From positions 328,708-392,707 of the forward strand of contig MU619247.1 of the NCBI GenBank assembly GCA_025201805.1: DNA of 64,000 bases, given 5' to 3'. The notes under the pieces were generated by a model that was not told the DNA's origin, made no database searches, and saw nothing but the letters and a program-made list of their open reading frames with translations. The stretch is from Parasitella parasitica NRRL 2501 (lineage: Eukaryota; Fungi; Mucoromycota). This document shows, one piece after another, positions 25,934 to 39,608 of this stretch. How positions within the stretch are numbered: position 1 is the first letter of the stretch; the number at the start of each line of letters is the position of its first letter. Made by a program: the position numbers and the translations under genes.

Positions 25934-26373
25934 ATGTCTGAGGAACGCAGTATACCCATTGATGTTGCATTATTCCAAACACTCGAATCGAAATCAACTG
26001 AGCTATCAAGTCAATTCGCCATTCAGGTAGAGCAGATACAAAAACAGCTGAAACAAGTATGTCCTGCCATCAAGCAATAGCGCATATTATTAATACAAAA
26101 AAAGATGTCTCAATCTACTGCAGAAGCAGCGGACGTGTATAATCTATCGGTTAAAAATCTAGCACAGGAGATAGACTCCAGCACCAAAAAGACCATCGAG
26201 CTGATCACTCACTGCGACGAACTTGACAAAGATTTATCACAGCTACTTGAATTATCCAGACAAGTGTAAATATCACTACTATTCCTGAAAGCTTTCGTTG
26301 ACCATTTAAAAATAATAGAAAGACTGCAAATAAAGCACTAGATCAGCTTCAGCAAGCCTTATCCGAGCATTAA
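25934..26373 (+). CDS. Minimal BORCS6/lyspersin-like coiled-coil protein (about 112 aa, 3 exons)
   Basis: Spliced product MSEERSIPIDVALFQTLESKS...YNLSVKNLAQEIDSSTKKTIELITHCDELDKDLSQLLELSRQVKTANKALDQL parallels the BORCS6 C-terminal domain as I recall it. Introns 26057-26104 and about 26266-26318. Confidence 0.72.
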
Positions 26374-26561
26374 AGCAATAAAGAAATTTACGCCGAAACC
26401 ATAGTAATTGTCTCGTATTTTTAATTTTTGTGAAATAAAACTAAATGGTAATTTACGAAGAACTTGCTGCCCCCTCCAGAACCAGTGATATGCCACAAGC
26501 CAGTGTTAAAAAAATACAACCATATACAACGCAAAACCCAATTCCACACTTTCCATACACC

Positions 26562-27408
26562 TTAATTTCCGCCGTAACCTCCACCAACTCCACTACCTTC
26601 CTGCATGTTAGGGTTAGCCATACCGCATTTGGCACAATGAGTGCGTTTCGCGAAATCTATTATCATTTTTTTGTTAGTATATTCTACCGGTTAGTCTACG
26701 GAACAGCTTACTGTGGAAAGAGCAATTTTCGTTTCTACACATCCAATCTCCCGCTAATATAGAAAGAAAAAAAAATCTCAAAAATTATATACGTGTAAAG
26801 AGACATAGACACAGAATACATACGTTTCATGGGAGGAACACTTGGTGTGTATCCAGCTGGAGGTGCACCTGTTGGATTGTATGGCTTTGCAGTGCTGCAT
26901 TTGAGACACTGGAATCTAGAAGCAAAGTTATGAGAGCTACAAGAAGGACTAGATACAAAAACATCAGTGCCATCTATCTACATGTTGTCTGCTATATATA
27001 TGTAAAGTATACCAAATCCAATCGCCAGCCCTGAATTGAGTGCTATGAGGTCCAGAAGAACTACTGCCCGAAGGACCACCTTGATGTACCCCACCATAAG
27101 CATACCCTCCGCCACTTGTAGGATGTCCTCCACCATACGAATACCCTCCACCATTTCCACCGCCCGCATATCCTCCACCAGGAGGAGCATAACCACCACT
27201 ATTTTGTCCGCCATAACCACCATTAGGTTGACCACTATACCCATAACCACCTCCTCCGCCATTTACACCGCCATTTCCTTGAGCGTAATTTATACTGTTA
27301 TACCCTGGTTGACTATTTGTTGGTTCGGGTGAATATCCATAGCTAGATTGATGAGGCGAATACTGGGTGTGTTGTTGCTGGATATGATGCTGATTTAGTG
27401 GTGCTTGT

Positions 27409-27440
<32 letters not shown>

Positions 27441-29355
27441 TTGTTGTTGCTGTTGCTGCTGCTGCTGCTGGTTTGGATTAGGTGTATGACAACGGAAGCA
27501 TGTATTACGAGATGCAAAGTTTTGAAATCCACATGCCGCGTTGGGACAATACCAATCTCCAGGTCTGAAGGAAATATGGTGGTGAGGTCTTCCGCCGTTG
27601 TTATAGCCGCCGTGGTAGCCAGCATTTGGTGGTGGCGGTCCACCAGGAACGCCTCCACTATGCATATTGGGGTAGGGTTGAGGGTGTGACGATGGAGGCA
27701 GCTGTTGCATTGGAGGCCCATTGACGAGCTTCTTATTACCCTTCAAAGCCTTGGGCGGCTTTGGCCCTGCGCATTTCTTGCAATGCATGCGCGAAGAGTA
27801 ATTGTGAAAGTTACAAGAAGGGCACATCCAGTCGCCATGAGAGAACGGTTGCGGAGGTGGTCCTTGGCCTGCTTGTGGCCCTGGGTTTGGGTTTTCAGCA
27901 TTACATTTGAAGCAATACAAGCGAGAAGCAAAGTTATGGAATGAACAGTTGGAGCAATTCCAATCGCCAGGACGTAGCTGCCTACTTTTTGCCTGCAAAG
28001 GGAATGGAACCAGCATGTTGCCTGCTGCTTCAATCACTCGAGTGGAACTAGGGCAAACTTCAATAGGACGATCACCCAAACAGCGACCATTCAGCGACAA
28101 AGCGCGCATAGCATCATCATGCTGCTGAAAGACAACAAAGCCGGAAATACTAGGCTTCGAGTTATCTGGAGGCTGGATCATCCACATGGTCGTAGGTCGA
28201 AGTCCATTGGAAGAGAACCAGGCTTCCAACTCGCCCTGAGTCACTTCAAAGGGCAGGCCAGCCAAGTGAATTACTTGGGATTCTTCCTTTTTAAACTGTT
28301 TCAAGTCGGCATTGGTATCAATCGGGTGAACAAAGATATCAGCATGACGGAATCTGAGCAGATATCGCAAGACGATCACCGTGGTCAAGGCATTGTTCAA
28401 GCCAACAGTCTGATCAGTGACACGAGTGAGATCAAATGCCTCGCACAAATCACGCAGCGACGTTGATCGTAAGCTGACTTCCGGGTGGTGTACTTGCCAG
28501 CGTTGGATCTCCTGCTTTAAATCAAACATGCGACAAAATGATAAATAGCTGGGCAATGTGATGTTTTTGTCGCGAGCCTCACGAGACAATTGAATGCGAA
28601 GAGGCCATCCACCATGAGTGACGAAGCAAAAGCTCTTGGGCTCGACTTCAGTTTGAATGTAGTTGTCGAATGTAGTAATGGCATCACTCAAAGACCCTGC
28701 GGTTTCAAGCATGCTTGATTTGATGCCAGTAACTTCGCTGCAAAAAGCTGTGAGCGGTGTACGTTCAGGCTTGACAAATATCTGTTGCTTATGGAGAACC
28801 TCCATGCTGAAAGCATCCACAACCACAAAAGACAGTTCTACAAACACCCAAACAAACTGGTAAATGCATACACATACACTAGTTTTACTACATTTACATA
28901 CCTATAATCTCTGAATTTTCCTTGGTAACTTGCACCGCGGCAGGATTAGTTGGGTTTTCATCACAAGTAGCCTCCAAATGAATCAAAATCAATCTTTCAA
29001 AAGGAACCAAAGTCTCTAGAGGAGCAGTAGACGTTGCTTCAAATTTGACGGGAACAGAGTGTTCATTTGTATTGTTCTCTACAGTAGTATTGGCTTTAAT
29101 GGGACTGCGATCTTCCTGATTGTCAACTGCAATCTCTTGCTTGTCGTTTTCATTAGTTTCTGTAGCAACATCGTAATAAGACTCTTCTGGGTTCTGAGAG
29201 TCCACCTGTCCAGTCTCTGCTGTTACTGTCTCGTCATTCTCAAGTGGTTTGTGATCAGAATCTAAAAGAGGGCGCTTCGAAGGCGTTTCCTCTTTTTGTG
29301 CGTAATTGTCATCTTCTGCTTTACGCTTACGGTCAACTTCTATGTGTGCGTCCAT
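26562..29355 (-). CDS. NRP1/ARP-like RNA-binding protein: degenerate DEDD exonuclease-like domain, RRM, five RanBP2-type zinc fingers and a Q/G/Y-rich region
   Basis: HLEATCDE...EIIELSFVVVD; RRM LAGLPFEVTQGELEAWF; GDWxCxxC..NF.xR..C..C repeats. Introns 28838-28901, 26949-27012, 26754-26823 and 26657-26711; stop TAA at 26562. Confidence 0.88.
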
Positions 29356-30053
29356 TTTTTTTTGTTGTTGAGAATAAACAAAAAAGAAGTGAAAGTTCTG
29401 AACCGCTCCCCCCCCCCCCTTGGGCTATAAAAACCGACAAAAAGCCACACTGATACCGGTATACATTTGGGAGGTTACTTGTATTTTATCAGACTAGATT
29501 TAACGGCTAAATCATTTCCAAAAGCTTCATGAGATACCTGAACAGGTCGAATTTATAGCAGCATTTTTGTTTTCAGTTTGCCATGATGTTTATCTCTTGG
29601 GAAAAAAAAAAAAAAAAGATTTAGTTCAGTGGTAAAGAATATATCAAATTTATCTCTTTTTTTGATCAATTTGACCAACCCGAGACACATTTCACCATTA
29701 TTTCATCGATAATATCTCTAAACCAAGTGAGCCGTGGACCACGCTGTAATTGTCAGTAGACTATATGAATGTCTGAGAAAATGTAGTTATTTAAAATATT
29801 TGAATATCGATTTATTTGATTGCTAAATTATGCTTATTTATACTATCTTAATAATGTGCTACGCATACGTTGGGCACCACTCATGTACCAATTTGATACA
29901 AGTTGAAGGCATCTGTCTTTATCAATGTCTAATACCAAGCAGCCTTCTAGCATTCGTGATTGAATCAAAGAGCGCGGGTCTTGAGGCACACTACAGGAAC
30001 TACAAGACAAGCTGATAATCGACTATTTTTTTTTTCTTCTTCTTCTTTTGTTC

Positions 30054-30957
30054 ATGACATTAACTTCTCGTATATTAAGAATGGTAAAGGACCCTCTTGT
30101 TTGGATCGACTGTGAGGTAACGTTTGATAACGAAAAACTGTGATGTTGCTCTATACTTAAACAGCCATGTATGCAGATGACAGGTCTTGACTTAAAAAAA
30201 GACCGTATTATCGAAATTGCGGTGCTAATTACAGATGGAGACCTCAACATCGTAGGCAAAGTATGTGTATCAATCAGTAGCAAAAGCAAGAAAAGCAACG
30301 TAACCTAATGCTTCTTGAATCCAGGGGCCTGAACTGGTTATTCACCAACCCAAGCACGTAATGGATAATATGAACGGTATTTTCATTTATTTTTCAGTAT
30401 GTTCGAGAAGGATATTCATTTTTCCATTGATTTTGCGAAAGAATGGTGTCTCCAACATCATGGAAACGTAAGTTTATAGCCATCATGTTCTGTTTTACAG
30501 CTATAAATGACTATTTTATATGGTATATTTAGTCTGGTTTAACTCAACAAGTGCTTGATTCTAAAATTACTATTCAAGAAGCTGAAAAGCAAGTGTACGA
30601 GTTTTTAAAGGAACATGTTCCTCGAGGAATTGCGCCTTTAGCTGGAAATTCAGTGCATGAAGATAAGAAGTTTTTACTCAAGGAAATGCCTAGCGTTGCT
30701 GATCATTTGCATTATCGTATTGTTGGTAATTAATCAATAAGCACACACACACACACACACATTTGCCGAATTACCACACTAAAATCAATTTATTTTTATA
30801 AGATGTAAGCACCATTAAAGAATTATGCAAGCGATGGTATCCCGAGGATGCGTCAGGTGTTGTTAAGAAGCTGACACACAGAGCGATGGATGATATCATT
30901 GAAAGCATAGAGGAACTTAAATACTACAGAAAGCACGTATTTAAAGCAAAAGATTAA
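30054..30957 (+). CDS. REX2: Oligoribonuclease (REX2/ORN family), six exons
   Basis: LVWIDCE|[34 protein letters not shown]|[31 protein letters not shown]. An alternative in-frame ATG lies at 30081. Confidence 0.95.
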
Positions 30958-31778
30958 AGCATGCCGTCTGGAAAATACGGGTTGGACATTCTATGCTTTT
31001 ACCTTAAATCTGCTTGTCTAGTTCCCAAGTTGAAATGTCACTTAATAATTTCATGGGCACCATATAGTGTGCTGATTGTCGGGAGGATTTTAGCCTTGTT
31101 TTGTAGAGGAAGGCGACGAAAATGCCAAATTTATGTTTCACTACACGATGCTTTTTTGAGATACAGGGTATCCGGGATATACGGTAAGACCGTTCACATG
31201 GGTAACTCAAGCAAGTTGAGGAGTTTGCGGCCGATGCCGAGATCTACTAATTTGTATAAAACATGTGAAATCTTTCAGTTGAAACGATTTTGAAAGTCAA
31301 TGATAATTTAGATCAGAAAATATAACACCAGAGACTCTTCAGTGTGTGAACTTCTTTTTTCGCCGTCTACGATACTCCAGTTTTCTTGTATTAATCTATA
31401 TATAATGCCATATTTTATTTTGGATGCTGTATATAACATATATTGAGCCTGTATGTTTTTGTGGTAATATGTGATTTTTGTCATGCTTGTGTTTAGTGTA
31501 ACCTTTTTTGTTTATGTGATACAACATTGGAAACTCTATCGACCTTTGAAAATGGCTTGTTGCACGCAGAATCAGACAATTTGGCTCAGTATTATTAAGA
31601 TTTTTTATTATATTTTATCAAGATACTATCATCATCACTTGAATGATAGTGAAATAGCTATATGTACAACTATATTTGGTTCATAAGAGGAGAGAGAGCA
31701 AAAGTAGTAGAGATGGTGAGGAAGACGGGATAAAAAAGTGGAGGAGGCACGGCCTCTTGGAAAAAATGTGCGGTTATT

Positions 31779-33493
31779 TTACTTGTAGTTTGGACCATTC
31801 TTTTCGTCGTCTTTGATGTAATCTTGCTTAATTTCAGCAGCCTCGGTATCCAGAGCAGGTTTATCGCCTACAACAGGTGTAATCATACCACTATTGCGAC
31901 CAGAAAAGTTACTAGGGAAACGACGAGAGCTAGGACGAGAGGCACGTTCAAGAGCGGATTGGGTGTCTTGCTTTTGGTCATACAGGGAGGTAGAACCAAT
32001 GTGCGAGGCGATGGATTTAGCATCCTCCTGAACATCTTCGCTGGCAAACAGAACCTCGATTTCTTCCAAAGATTTACCCTTGGTTTCAGGATACCACAAA
32101 TAAATAGGAATCAAGAAAATGACATTGAGAATACCAAACAACAAGAAAGTCCAATATTTTGCATATTCAAACAAGACGGGAGCAATCATCGCGACCACAA
32201 AGTTACCAAGCCAGTTGGCAGCGGTGGACATGGAGTTGCCCTTTGCTCTGAGTCCAGTGGAGAAGATTTCAGAAGGGTACAGCCAAGCAAGGCCCAACCA
32301 GGCGGCACCAAATACAAAGTTGTAAAGCATAACAAAAGCAATGACAGCACTAGAAGCTTGAGGATTGCCGTCTCTTTCTACAATATACTGACAGCCACCC
32401 ACGATCAGCAAAGTTACCGCCTGTCCAATAAGGCCAGCATACATGAGCCAGCGACGACCCAGACGCTCAATAGTAAAGATTGGAGTGACAGCACCCAAAA
32501 AGTAAATGATGGAATCCACGCCAGCCATCAGCATGGCCTTTTCAGTTGTCATACCAGCTTGCTTAAAGACATCTGTCAGATAGTAACTGATGACGTTGAT
32601 GCCACCGAATTGCTGAATAAACTGGCCACCCATACCGAGCAACACACGATAGCGATTGTTCATCTTACCCTTCTTGAAGAGTTCCACATAAGAGGAGATG
32701 CCTTCACGACGTTCGAGTTCAATACCATCTCGGATTTCTTCCCACTCAGCAATACAACGAGGATGAGTAGTGTCGCAATCAGACCAGAGACGAGCTAAAA
32801 CCTCTTTACAGTCTTCTTCGTGGCCATGAGCTTGAAGCCAACGAGGAGACTCGGGCAAAATGAAGGAGGCAATACCTAATACAATAGCAAAGACCATTTG
32901 GAAAGCCAGGGGGAATCTCCAAGCGAATTCACTGTTAACAAAGTAGAGGCCATATTCTAACCAGTAGGCAATGGCAACACCGACAGTCAACAACGATGCT
33001 TCGAATGCAACGTGAGCACCTCTGGACTTTGGAGGAGATAATTCAGCTTGGTAGACGGGAATGGTAGCAGTATTCATACCATTTCCAACACCAGTAATGA
33101 TACGAGCGACAATCATCATTGGAGCATTTACTGCTGCAGTTTGCAGGATCGCTCCAATAATGAGAATTAAACAGCCATATCTAATAGTCTTTCTGCGGCC
33201 TAACCAATCACCCACACGGCCAGTAGACAATGCACCTGCCATACAACCTGAAAAAAGTATTGTGAGCATCATGCTGCTTATCTCCAAGTAACAGTATACG
33301 TACCAATTTCATATAAGGCCACAATGGCACCCATCAACCCGGAGTTGGGATTTCCCATGGTGTCAATGAAGAGCTCGTTTGCAACGACACCAGACATTAC
33401 ACCTTGATCGTAGCCGAAGAGCAAGAAACCAATAGCAGCCAGCAGAGTAGATGCTCTGAACAATGCTGCTCCTTTTAAAACGAAGCAAGCCAT
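31779..33493 (-). CDS. MFS sugar porter (STL1-like polyol/sugar:H+ symporter)
   Basis: LLFGYDQGVMSG, GDWLGRR, PESPRWL, QQFGGIN, YPSEIF, PETKGKSLEE; intron 33248-33303. Confidence 0.93.
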
Positions 33494-34023
33494 AGTTGTG
33501 TATTTTTTAAAGAGTAGATCAGGATATCAAAAATGAAGAATTGAGGCAGATCAAGAAGAAGAAAACTTTTTCTTTTTTTGTTGTAGAGTGTATCAAAAGA
33601 GGCGCTAAAATACAAAGAGAGAGAAAAAAGATAAACTTCCCCACAAATGCGAGAAAGTAGGAGGTATTTATAAACTTTTTTTTTTTTCTTTTTGGCTGCT
33701 GCAGTGTCTTACATTTTACGTTTTAACCTTCGTCTTGAGGTTTTTACAAATGAACGGAGTTTCAGTTAGAGTAAGGTACCTCTTTTTCTTTGAACTAATG
33801 TTTATAGTTGAACAAATGGGTTTTTTTTTACATGAAGCGTCATTGATCGTGCAACGTAAATTGCAGACTACTGAGTAATTTTCATTGCAATATATGGTAT
33901 AAAGCTCCGTTCTTCTTTTTTTTTTTGATCTAAAATGTTTACTTGACTAAACACGGCCTCTGGGATAATCTGGGACATTCCATCATTGGCTATTCTTGAT
34001 GTCATGTCTTTTTCGAGCGCAAT

Positions 34024-34058
<35 letters not shown>

Positions 34059-35309
34059 ATCTGAAATTTGTTATAGAATAATTAACCCCATTTAAGATGT
34101 TTAAAATTAGTAAAATAGAATATAACTTGACAAAGTAGAGAAAAATAACTATTTGCGGTAATTGCTCTGTTGCTTTATTCCTGAAAATTGATAATCATAG
34201 TAAATCATGTGTCTCGGTAAAATATGTTGTGTCTTTTTTAATAAAGTAAATAGGAAGCACAGGGTCCAATCGAACAAAGCTTGTGATGTATAGCATAGCA
34301 TCCATCTCTCCAATGTGTACACATGTAGAAAAAAAATACTTTAGTAGATCTGCTTCTTTTCCGAAAAAAGAAACTAGCCTGTTTTGGTCAAATAATGGCG
34401 AGATTTCAAGGTCATTTTGTATTTGCCTTTTAGGAAGTGTGTATTTGTGAAGAAATATGTGTCAGGTTTGGATATGCTTGCATGTTTATATGGATACAAA
34501 GCCAATATTTTGGAGATTTGGTTGCGTTAAAATCCGTATAAGCTGCTTGGCGATTCATAGACTCAGATAATAGAGTTTCTTGGTCTAAACTAATCTGGAT
34601 TATTTTGAAACTACAACCTGAGAAGTGTAGTTGGTTTATTTGATTGGTAATACTCATTACGCTATATAATCGTCAGATGCCATTACAAAGATCAAAATCC
34701 AGGTACTAGTAATGCATCAAAGAGAATATTGCCCAAGCTTATAGTTATCCAGGACGATAAAGTATAGAGCATATGCGGCAGCGTTCACAAAGCCAATTAA
34801 TCCCGAGAGTACGAGTACTGGTAAATGTGTATTGGACATGTCCATTTCTATGGCTCCAATGGAACACAGCAGCCGTGGATTGATGGCAAACATCTATTTT
34901 GATGTCGCAGCAATAAGCGTCTCCACTGGTGCTGTGCTCTTGTAACTTTGCATTGTTTTCAGCATTTAGGTATGGTTAAACAGCATTCAAACGCAAAAAT
35001 ACAGCGAAACACAGACAGCCTTTTGAGCAAGCCTAGTGCGAATCATTATAAATGTTGCTGATGAAAGCTACTTGATTTATTTGGCCGCTAAAGTACACGG
35101 ATCAAGCGAATACAAATGCATGGTATACTATTCAAGCTCAATGTGTAACTTCCATTTGCAGAGACATTTGACGCCAAAGAACTTTTGTGTCAGATTTAGA
35201 TGGTTCTTCAACAGTGTGTATGTGAGACAAACCAGTCCGATCGGTTTAGAAAAAAAAAACTAGCACAAGTACTCTGCCATCTTTCTTTATTACAAAGACA
35301 TCTCTGCAG

Positions 35310-37376
35310 ATGAGTCAGCAACAGAAATACAGCAATGACAAGAGAAAGACGTTACCCGTAGTCAAAGTGGAGAAAGACCTTGACAAGCTGCCCAAGCGCG
35401 TATTGCCAATCCTTGCAGCTCCTCATGCGAGCCCTACTCAAGATACGGAGGAAGGCGATCTAACCTTTGTGCAAGAGCCAGATACGATAGCACCTCTTGT
35501 CACCACTGCTCCTGTCCCTAAACCGCCTACAGCAGTACCAAATTGGCTAAAGTTAAACGCAGAGGATTCAGGTAAAGAGACTACTAGAGCACGTTATTCA
35601 ATAGGGCTAGATGTACCCGGAGCAGTTCACACAATCACCACGCCAAGTAAGAACAAATCAGAACAAATCAGAACATGAGCTTGGGTATTAACTGACGTGG
35701 GTCACCATAGAGCTCAAGACAGAACGCCAATTAGACAGTAAATTGGTCGTCATTATGGGTAGGACAAACTTGAGACATGACTCATTCATGCATTAACCTG
35801 GCCATGTACACAGTGGGCCTGCCAGCACGCGGGAAAAGCTATCTTGTCAAGAAATTGAGACGATACTTGAACTGGCTGCAGTACGAAACCAAAGTATTCA
35901 ATGTAGGCAATATGCGTCGGGTGTGCGAAGCGAGTTCGCAGGATCAAAATGCCAGTTTCTTTGATCCCAATAACAACGACATGAGGCGTATTCGTGACGA
36001 AATTGCCTTGAGCGTGCTGGAGCAACTAATTGATTGGCTGAAAGAAGGCGGTCGTGTTGCCATTCATGATGCCACCAATTCCACGCTGGCAAGAAGAAAA
36101 CTGCTGATAGATAGATTGGAGAGGGAACCAGAGATTAGAGTCTTGCTAATCGAATCTGTCTGCACGGATCAAATGGTAAATGTGCTGTCCAGTGATAAAT
36201 ACGCTGCTGTTCTAACAGTGCTATATACGCATTTAGATGCTGGAGCGTAATTTCAGACTGAAATTATCCGGTCCAGATTACAAGAACAAGGATCCTGTGG
36301 AAGCTCTTGCTGATTTCAGATCTCGAGTCGCAAACTACGAAAAGGCCTATCAACCTATTGGCGATTGGGAGGAGGAAAACGATATTCAATTTTGTAAATT
36401 AGTGAATGTGGGTAAGAAGGTTATTGCTTACAACATCTCTGGCTATCTGTCTGGGCAATGCATATTCTACCTTATGAATTTCAACCTCGTTGGTAAGCTT
36501 TATTACGCTACATCAGTTTATATCTTACAACTCATCCATAACCAAAAGAGCGCCAAATCTTCGTCACTCGTCATGGTGAGAGCCAAGACAACATCACGGG
36601 TCGAATCGGAGGCGATGCTCCATTGTCACCGGCAGGCCGAAAATTCGCTAAAGCGCTTGCGAAATTCACCCAAGCGCAACGCATCAAATTTGCCTGCGAA
36701 ATGGCCTCAAAAGCAAACGAGCTGGAGCCTGTGGAAAAACAAACGCCTGCTAATGCACTAGAAAAAACGGCCCAGTTTTGCAGCTCTCAATTCACCATCT
36801 GGACAAGCATGCTGCAAAGATCTATGCAAACCGCTGAAAACTTTGATCCTGACGACTATGACGTGAAGCATATTCGTTTTTTGAACGAAATCAATTCCGG
36901 TGTACGTATCTGGGGCAGAACATACATCCGCACTAACACCTCGTCATAATATGTAGATTTGCGAGGGATTGTCATATCAAGAAATCCAAGAAAGGCATCC
37001 GCAAGAATTCAAATTGAGACAGGCAAACAAACTGTTTTACCGATACCCTGGAATGGGCGGCGAATCTTACATTGATGTTATCCACCGTCTTCAACCGATG
37101 ATTATTGAATTAGAGAGAATGACACAATCGTGTCTGATCATCACACATCGCGTTGTTATGCGCATTTTGTTATCGTATTTGCTCGACTGGAAACGAGAGG
37201 ACATGCCTCATATGATGGTTCCTATTCATACGTAATTATTTCTATTTGCTTTTTTTTTTTTTTTTTTTTTATTTTTTGTTCTAAATAGTGTATACGAACT
37301 TCGACCGAAGCCTTACGGTACAGAGCTTAAGAAATGGCAATACATTGAAGAAACGGATTCGTTCGTTGAATTCTAA
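35310..37376 (+). CDS. Bifunctional 6-phosphofructo-2-kinase / fructose-2,6-bisphosphatase
   Basis: P-loop GLPARGKS, FNVGNMRR, DATNST, phosphatase RHGES (catalytic His intact), LNEINSG, GESYIDV; multiple introns. Confidence 0.95.
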
Positions 37377-37905
37377 CTAAATTAATTGCTTCTCTTTCTT
37401 CATTTTGTAAAATAACACATGCATTTATACATCTATCGTTTCTTTAAAATAAACCGTATCTCCATCATTTAATTATGCAATCCCACATGATTCTCTACTT
37501 AAACATCAGGGTGAATAGTACACATTTTGCCATCATGAATCACGTCTTAATTTAGGAGCAAGGCGTGGGCCCCACAACTTAATGGAGAGTGCCTTGGCAT
37601 AAACCACAATATCTACGTTTACCTCTCCCAAAAGCTATATGATCTGCGGTGCTAATGTTCCCAAAAGTAACGAGTCAATCACCAAGCTATTGTATCTTGT
37701 ATAGTACCTGGTTCATTATTACTTGACAACAGAGCCTTTCATGTATATAAAAGTACATTAGGATCGTTTATTTGTACAGTAAAGGAGCTTCTGTGTGAGT
37801 GGTTGAGCGAGCATTGTGTGTGTAGAAAAAATAAAGCAAAAAAAAAAAAAAGGTGTGAAAGTGTATAGAGAATTGTGAAAGATCATGAAAAGGCAATTGT
37901 AATTT

Positions 37906-39608
37906 CTAAGCAAACTTGATATCAACATTTGCTTCTCTAGCTAATGTGACAATCTTGGAGAATTTGACGGCCTTTTGAGCAGCAGTATCCAAATCGTCTT
38001 GAGCAAAGATACGCAGACCGGACTCAGCAATCAACTTCTTGGCTTCCTCGACCTTGGTGCCCTTAAGACGAACAATCAAAGGAATCTTGAGGTCCAGATC
38101 TTTGGCAGCGGCAATGATACCTTCAGCGATAACATCACAGCGCATAATGCCACCAAAGATATTGACAAAGGCAGAAGAAACAGAGGGATCAGACGTAATA
38201 ATTTCAAAAGCAGCCTTGACAGCTTCAGGGGTAGCAGCGCCGCCAACGTCTAAAAAGTTAGCGGGCTTACCACCATGAAGTTGAATAATATCCATAGTAG
38301 CCATAGCAAGACCAGCGCCATTGACTATTGAAACATAAGAATAAAAACAAAAACACTGACGGACTCTATAACTTACCTAAACAACCAATGTTGCCATCTA
38401 AACCAATATAATTCAAACTGTATTTAGCAGCGGCAATTTCACGAGAATCTTCTTGAGAGAAATCACGAAGGTCAAAGACTTCCTTTTGCTTGAAGCTAGC
38501 ATTATCGTCAAAGTTTAACTTGGCGTCCATACAGAGCACTACAGATTGGAAATCAGTCAATACCAAAAGGACCCTCTCTTGTGTATATATATATACTACT
38601 TTACCTTGGTTATCACTAGATTCGGACAGGGGGTTGATTTCAACTTGGGTAGCGTCTTTTTCGTTAAAGAGTTTGAAGAGACCCAAGAAAGTATCAGCAG
38701 CCTGCTGTTGGCCCTTGGGAGTGAAACCCATCTTTTTAGCAAGATCCAGAGCCTTCTCTTTTGTAAAACCTTCCTTAACATCAATAGGAAGAGTAATGAT
38801 GGCTTCAGGGTTAGTGGCGGCAACACCCTCAATATCAACACCACCTTGAGAAGAAGCGACGATGACAGGGCCGGCAGATTTACGGTCCAGCAAGATGGCA
38901 AAGTAGTATTCATTACGGGCATATTTACGCTCACAGATGTAGACGGCATTACAAGGCTTACCCTCGGCACCAGTTTGTTTGGTAATCAAGTTGTGGCCAA
39001 GCATCTTTCCAGCGAGCTCCTTAGCTTCTTCGGGTCTATAAAAATTTGTTTAGTTCGATTTTTATAGAGGAGCTCCCAGCCCAACATCCACATTGATATA
39101 AAAAATAAATAAAAATAAAAAAAAAAAAAAAGGAGAAACTTACGTGTTGAAAGTCTTGACACCACCCTTATAACCATTATCAAAAGTACCCTTACCACGA
39201 CCACCAGCAAGAACTTGAGCCTTAATGACGAGGTCATCAGAGCCTAATAGATTTTAAAGACGATTAGTAATTTTTTTTTTTTTTTTTTGTGGGGAAACAA
39301 GAAAAAAATTAGTTAAATTTTACCGAGGCTTTTTGCGATATTGTAAGCTTCTTGAGGAGTGTTGGCAACCTCACCCTTGGGGGCATTGATACCATATTCT
39401 CTAAGAAGCTTGACAGAGAGATACTCGTGAATGTTGAGGAAACGCTTTTGCTGTTGTTGAAGAGGCTTGCGAGCAATCTGAAATGTGTAAAATAAAATAA
39501 AATAAAATAAAAATTAGTTACCAAGGCAAGCAAAGGATTCAACACGTAGATATTTACCAAAGAAGCACGCTGTGCGATAGAAGAAGCAGCACGTAAAGGA
39601 TTATACAT
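37906..39608 (-). CDS. LSC2: Succinyl-CoA ligase beta subunit, mitochondrial
   Basis: [39 protein letters not shown]|[29 protein letters not shown]. Confidence 0.96.

Noticed and set aside
31824-32798. 324-aa + strand ORF
   Set aside because: Antisense shadow of the sugar transporter, with no recognisable motifs. The same applies to the many overlapping ORFs inside LSC2, DED81, the RasGEF and the NRP1-like gene.
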